A stretch of 64,000 nucleotides of DNA from the NCBI GenBank assembly GCA_938092005.1, contig CALKOU010000007.1, positions 34,523-98,522 on the forward strand, written 5' to 3'. The DNA is from an uncultured Flavobacteriaceae bacterium (lineage in GTDB: Bacteria; Bacteroidota; Bacteroidia; Flavobacteriales; Flavobacteriaceae). The notes beneath the pieces were generated by a model. The model made no database searches, was not told the DNA's origin, and saw only the letters and a list, made by a program, of their open reading frames with translations. A program made the translations under genes and the position numbers. Of the stretch, positions 59,702-64,000 are shown one piece after another. How positions within the stretch are numbered: the first letter of the stretch is position 1; each line of letters opens with the position of its first letter.

Positions 59702-60145
59702 TTACTCTTTTCGCATATTACTTCCTGAAAATTCAAATAACTCAACATTCCTGTCATCAAAAGCCCCATGCTCTATTTTAACATAAAAGCTTGGGTATTT
59801 TATTTCTATTATTTCAACAATTTTTGGGTCATACATTCCCTCTATCTTATAAAGTTTACTCCAAGAATAATAATCCCCATCAGGCTTTATTGACACTAAA
59901 AAACTGTAGAGTATTTCACAAGACTCAGGAGAAAATTCTGAAGGTGTAGCTTTAGAATCGCTCATTAAAAATAAGTTTACATAAAATGCCCCATTATATA
60001 AGGAGGCTTTTTTTTCACACACCAGTAAATTTGATATAATATAATTTAGCTCAGTATTAGGCGTTAGTGCTGTCACTTTTATATCGTTCTGTGCATTGCA
60101 TATTAAAGCAAAAAACACAAATAAAAATGCAATTACTTTTTTCAT
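59702..60145 (-). CDS. Hypothetical exported protein (island gene 2), no family recognised
   Basis: The 147-aa ORF has a signal peptide (MKKVIAFLFVFFALICNAQ). It starts 13 nt after the stop of the 601-aa gene. Confidence 0.6.
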   Translation of the reverse strand: MKKVIAFLFVFFALICNAQNDIKVTALTPNTELNYIISNLLVCEKKASLYNGAFYVNLFLMSDSKATPSEFSPESCEILYSFLVSIKPDGDYYSWSKLYKIEGMYDPKIVEIIEIKYPSFYVKIEHGAFDDRNVELFEFSGSNMRKE

Positions 60146-60158
60146 GATTTATTAAATT

Positions 60159-61964
60159 TTAAGGTTTTCTTATTGCAAAATGTATATGGTTTTTGTGTGC
60201 AGTTTTCACGCTTTCTCTGTTTAAATCCCACTGATTATTTTCAACTTCATATCTGTGATTAAAATATGGACCATAATTTTCTCTAATGTACGGGAAAGCA
60301 TCAAAGGCTTTTTGAAACTCTTTAATTTGATTTGTTAGCCCTGTTTCAATCATTCGCTTTCCATTAATACTATTGATATCTAGTGCAGTACTATTATAAT
60401 GATTACTTTCATTCCCATGCTTTCCATTTGTTGTTGCATAAATGTTGATGTTAGTTATTTTATCTCCTAAAGACAAGTTAGAGTTCGCTTTTTCTAATGC
60501 AAATTTTAACCCATTAACAAGTTCAGTTGCAACGGGTTGGTTTGAGCTAATACCATCTTTAGTATGTGTAATAAAAGTTACATCCACCTTAGTTCCGTTT
60601 GACAAAACAAGAACACTAGGTATTTTTTGTTTTGGTCCTTGGTAAACATAATTATCATCAGGCGTTTCTGTGGAAATATAAAATTCTTCAAAATCCACTT
60701 CACCACCATTTCCCAATGCCACAAGTGCCGCTTCTGCAAAATCTTTTCTTATAGAAAAATTATTTTGAATTTCGTTATCTTCTTCTAAGAAATAAAACAT
60801 TGATTTCAATATACTTGGGTTTTCTTCAAGGTACTCAAAACTAGCTGGTTTCTGAGCCTTAAGTTCATGCATAAAGTAAAAAAACTGTGTTATATAACTT
60901 TGTTTTTTTGCATGGTCTACTATTGAGGTTTTTTCTGATGTTATGTATGAATTAATTTGACTTACATAAACCTTTTTATAGTATTCGCTTATCGTATTTT
61001 TTAATCCTGCCATTTTGTAGGGGTAAAAGTACTGAAAGGGCACATATGAGCTTCCTGTGGTATTTCGAGGAATTCTAACATCCTGTACAGAAAAAGTTAA
61101 AACTGGCTGTGTATGATTTACTGGAGAGCTATGTCCAGTACCAATGCCAATCGTGTATGACCCCGTAAATACTCCAGCCGCTTTGAGCGAAGCAATTACG
61201 TGGTAAGGAAGTGTGTTTAATGGTGGTAACACGTAACCAATACCAGAAGCAGAAGAACCCACATATCCCCTATCAGGTGGGAATGGTGTCCACTTTGGTG
61301 CAGGTGTGGAACTACCTCCACTTCGACAACTACATTTTTTTGCATACGCTAAACTTTTTGTTGATAGCTTTTTAATTTTTTGAATACTATCGTTATTCGT
61401 TTTTTTTTCTTCTATATCTTCAGTTTCATCTACATCTGTAAGCTCCATAAAAAATATTTTATCCCAAAACCCATCATAACTTTTATTTTTGATTGCCATT
61501 ACAAACTCATCTGGTGTAAGGTCATACCTAATTAAGTTACTTTTTAACTGATTATTCTCATCATAATACGTGTGGAGGTTGATTTTTCCTTTTGAACTGG
61601 TTGTTGTGTCTGGTAATTTAACTTCAAAAGTATAAGACGGTATTCCTTTTTCATTTCTAACTTCAGCAAACACATCTGTGTTGATTTCTATTTTATGAAG
61701 TGCGGTTTCATCTAAGTTTCTACTATAATACGATTCAGATTTTATTGTTGAATCATTAGATTCTGCAGGAAACAAAAATTTTAACGTAGAGAGGTTTTTT
61801 GTTACGTTAAACTTCAAATCAATATCACTTATTTCATGTTTATAAAAAAACTCAATATGGTTGTCATTTTGCGGTTCTTGGTTTGAAAAATCTTCAGTTT
61901 CCAACTCCTCAACACATCCAAAAAACAATACCGTTACTAAAATAGGTGTAATAAACTTTTTCAT
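60159..61964 (-). CDS. Hypothetical lipoprotein with C-terminal LAS-type (M15/M74/hedgehog-like) zinc peptidase motifs
   Basis: The 601-aa ORF has a lipobox (VLFFGC). SNHYNSTALD (aa 520-529, nt 60378-60407) fits SxHxxGxAxD with Gly replaced by Ser. HIH (aa 593-595, nt 60180-60188) sits in HKNHIHFAIR. I did not recognise the N-terminal 470 aa. Confidence 0.6.
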   Translation of the reverse strand: MKKFITPILVTVLFFGCVEELETEDFSNQEPQNDNHIEFFYKHEISDIDLKFNVTKNLSTLKFLFPAESNDSTIKSESYYSRNLDETALHKIEINTDVFAEVRNEKGIPSYTFEVKLPDTTTSSKGKINLHTYYDENNQLKSNLIRYDLTPDEFVMAIKNKSYDGFWDKIFFMELTDVDETEDIEEKKTNNDSIQKIKKLSTKSLAYAKKCSCRSGGSSTPAPKWTPFPPDRGYVGSSASGIGYVLPPLNTLPYHVIASLKAAGVFTGSYTIGIGTGHSSPVNHTQPVLTFSVQDVRIPRNTTGSSYVPFQYFYPYKMAGLKNTISEYYKKVYVSQINSYITSEKTSIVDHAKKQSYITQFFYFMHELKAQKPASFEYLEENPSILKSMFYFLEEDNEIQNNFSIRKDFAEAALVALGNGGEVDFEEFYISTETPDDNYVYQGPKQKIPSVLVLSNGTKVDVTFITHTKDGISSNQPVATELVNGLKFALEKANSNLSLGDKITNINIYATTNGKHGNESNHYNSTALDINSINGKRMIETGLTNQIKEFQKAFDAFPYIRENYGPYFNHRYEVENNQWDLNRESVKTAHKNHIHFAIRKP

Positions 61965-62114
61965 AATTCAGGATTTTAAACCCCAAACCATTCAAAAGAA
62001 AACAAAGGACGTAGGTCAAACTTGGTCTTAAATACACGATTAGGGGCGTGTTGATGCTAAGTTAAACAAAAAAATTGAGTCTAAAAAGTACTTTACAAGC
62101 GTTACGGATTGCCC

Positions 62115-62122
62115 TATCTTTG
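62115..62122 (+). promoter_or_regulatory. -7 box TATCTTTG upstream of gpmI
   Basis: This is an exact TAnnTTTG 17 nt before the ATG at 62140. Confidence 0.45.
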
Positions 62123-62139
62123 CACCACAATTTAGACCT

Positions 62140-63657
62140 ATGAATAAACGTGTTGTTTTAATGATTTTAGACGGTTGGGGCATCTCTCCTGACCCAGCGG
62201 TTTCGGCAGTAGCCCAAGCCAACACTCCCTTTGTGGATAGCCTTAGTACAGCCGCAGTGCACAATGTACTCCACACCGATGGTATGCATGTGGGACTTCC
62301 CGAAGGACAAATGGGAAACAGCGAAGTGGGACACGTAAACTTAGGTGCTGGGCGAGTGGTGTATCAAGACCTTGCCAAAATAAACATGGCCGTAAAGCAA
62401 GACACGCTTAAAGACGAAGCCGTACTTCAAGATGCCTTTGCATACGCCAAAGCAAACAACAAAGCCGTTCACTTTTTGGGATTGGTTTCTGACGGAGGTG
62501 TGCATGCGCACATCAACCACCTCGAAGGATTGTTAAAAGCGGCGCACGCAGCAGCCGTACCCAAAAGCTATGTACACGCCTTTACTGATGGTCGTGATGT
62601 GGATCCCAAATCGGGTGCTGGTTTTTTAGCTAAGGTGCAAGCCATTTGTGCTACTACCAACGCACACCTAGCCAGTGTGGTAGGACGCTATTTTGCAATG
62701 GATCGCGATCAGCGTTGGGAACGGGTTAAAAAAGCATACGACGTGTTGGTACACGGCACAGGAACTACTACCGAAAACCTTGACAAGGTCATTCAGACAA
62801 ACTATGCCGCAGGTACAACTGACGAGTTTATTGAACCAATAGTGTTACCTGAAGACGGAGACATAGCCGCTGGCCGTGTGAAAGAAGGAGATGTGGTCAT
62901 CTTCTTTAATTTCCGCACCGATCGTGGACGCGAACTTACACAAGCATTAAATCAAGTGGCCTTTCCAGAATACGGAATGGAACCGCTTTCGCTACACTAT
63001 GTCACGCTTACCAACTACGATGAATCCTTTAAGGATGTTAAAGTGGTGTATGACAAAGAAAATATTGCACAAACACTGGGCGACGTGTTGTCCAAAGCAG
63101 GTAAAAAGCAAATCCGCATTGCCGAAACCGAAAAATATCCACACGTTACCTTTTTCTTTAACGGGGGTCGTGAAGAACCTTTTGATGGCGAAGAGCGCAT
63201 CTTATGCCCATCCCCTAAAGTGGCTACCTATGACCTGCAACCCGAAATGAGCGCATACGATATTCGAGATGCGATTGTGCCCAAACTCAAAGCACAGGCA
63301 ACCGATTTTGTTTGCCTAAACTTTGCCAATCCAGATATGGTGGGACACACAGGCGATATGGCGGCTGCCATAAAAGCTTGCGAAGTGGTAGATGGTTGCA
63401 CAGCCGATGTAGTAGCCGCTGCCAAAGAAGGCGGGTACTCGGTTATTATCATTGCCGATCACGGCAACTGCGACACGATGATAAACCCTGACGGAAGTCC
63501 AAATACCGCACACACCACCAACTTAGTACCTGTCTATCTTATTGATGCAGACGCAAAAAGCATCAACGAAGGTGCGCTTTGCGATATTGCACCAACAGTA
63601 CTAGAACTTATGGGTGTCGATCAACCTTCTGCCATGACCGCAAAATCATTACTTTAG
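62140..63657 (+). CDS. gpmI: 2,3-bisphosphoglycerate-independent phosphoglycerate mutase
   Basis: The 505-aa ORF contains LMILDGWG, MGNSEVGH.N.GAGR, VSDGGVH.H and ADHGN. Confidence 0.96.
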   Translation: MNKRVVLMILDGWGISPDPAVSAVAQANTPFVDSLSTAAVHNVLHTDGMHVGLPEGQMGNSEVGHVNLGAGRVVYQDLAKINMAVKQDTLKDEAVLQDAFAYAKANNKAVHFLGLVSDGGVHAHINHLEGLLKAAHAAAVPKSYVHAFTDGRDVDPKSGAGFLAKVQAICATTNAHLASVVGRYFAMDRDQRWERVKKAYDVLVHGTGTTTENLDKVIQTNYAAGTTDEFIEPIVLPEDGDIAAGRVKEGDVVIFFNFRTDRGRELTQALNQVAFPEYGMEPLSLHYVTLTNYDESFKDVKVVYDKENIAQTLGDVLSKAGKKQIRIAETEKYPHVTFFFNGGREEPFDGEERILCPSPKVATYDLQPEMSAYDIRDAIVPKLKAQATDFVCLNFANPDMVGHTGDMAAAIKACEVVDGCTADVVAAAKEGGYSVIIIADHGNCDTMINPDGSPNTAHTTNLVPVYLIDADAKSINEGALCDIAPTVLELMGVDQPSAMTAKSLL

Positions 63658-63661
63658 TATC

Positions 63662-64000
63662 ATGAAACGCTTGTTCCTTTTAGGTTTTATGATGTGCATA
63701 ACCTCTGTGCTTGGCCAAGATTTGTTAGGCCCCGTTACTGTTGACCAGCTAAAAAAAGCACCTTTTGACACATGGTTTATCCCTGAATACGAAAACTACA
63801 CTCCTTTCTCAAAAACAATTGATCAATTGTCCAAAAAACAAAAAGGGGTAGAAGTTGTTGTTTTTATGGGCACGTGGTGCTCGGACAGTCGTATGCAAGT
63901 GCCTGCCTTTTTTAGGATTTTAGACATGCTTGATCTTATGGGAAAAACAAGCATTATTGCGGTAGACGAGGATAAACAAACACCATCGGGAAGTGCTACC
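63662..64000 (+). CDS. Thioredoxin-fold family protein (N-terminal part; the gene runs off the window end)
   Basis: The sequence has a signal peptide (MKRLFLLGFMMCITSVLGQ), then …VVVFMGTWCSDSRMQVPAF…, a thioredoxin-like WCxxS context. Confidence 0.55.
   Translation, partial: MKRLFLLGFMMCITSVLGQDLLGPVTVDQLKKAPFDTWFIPEYENYTPFSKTIDQLSKKQKGVEVVVFMGTWCSDSRMQVPAFFRILDMLDLMGKTSIIAVDEDKQTPSGSAT

Noticed and set aside
62040-62276. A 78-aa minus-strand ORF overlaps the gpmI promoter and 5' end.
   Set aside because: It is antisense to the highly conserved gpmI N-terminus and spans its -7 box, and it has no independent support.

Overview
The window looks like a chromosomal segment from a Flavobacteriia-type Bacteroidota genome. 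This rests on gldJ, porU/porV, SusC/SusD pairs, T9SS C-terminal sorting domains and many exact TAnnTTTG -7 promoter boxes. Most 60-nt lines I counted in the backbone are about 40-50% GC. The genes in order are as follows. (1) The str/S10 ribosomal cluster rpsL-rpsG-fusA-rpsJ-rplC-rplD lies on the minus strand. (2) A tightly packed menaquinone operon follows, menF-menD-menB-menA-menC-menE. (3) Two tandem SusC/SusD loci come next; the first is markedly low in GC and the second ends with a surface lipoprotein and a T9SS-sorted S8 protease. (4) Housekeeping genes follow: rlmB-like, HAD, obg, adk, purK/purE, gcvP, a KAS III-like gene, mlaE/mlaF-like genes, pdhA plus E2, murF, tRNA-Val, tatA, an M1 peptidase and gpmI. 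(5) The T9SS/gliding cluster porV-porU/gldJ is present. (6) A PafA-like alkaline phosphatase gene is broken by a 1-nt frameshift. (7) A ~2.9-kb AT-rich three-gene island at 59049-61964 sits between a VanY-like peptidase gene and gpmI. This island is the most interesting candidate. It encodes a 601-aa lipoprotein whose C-terminus has an LAS-type zinc peptidase motif pair (SxHxxSxAxD ... HxH), followed by two small signal-peptide proteins. I interpret it, as a hypothesis only, as a cell-wall-targeting toxin/immunity-like module with no recognisable T6SS or T9SS delivery tag. GC-rich palindromic intergenic elements mark the left edges of both low-GC segments. I saw no transposase, integrase, CRISPR array, rRNA or prophage gene. 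All product calls come from reading the ORF translations by eye; no database search was run.
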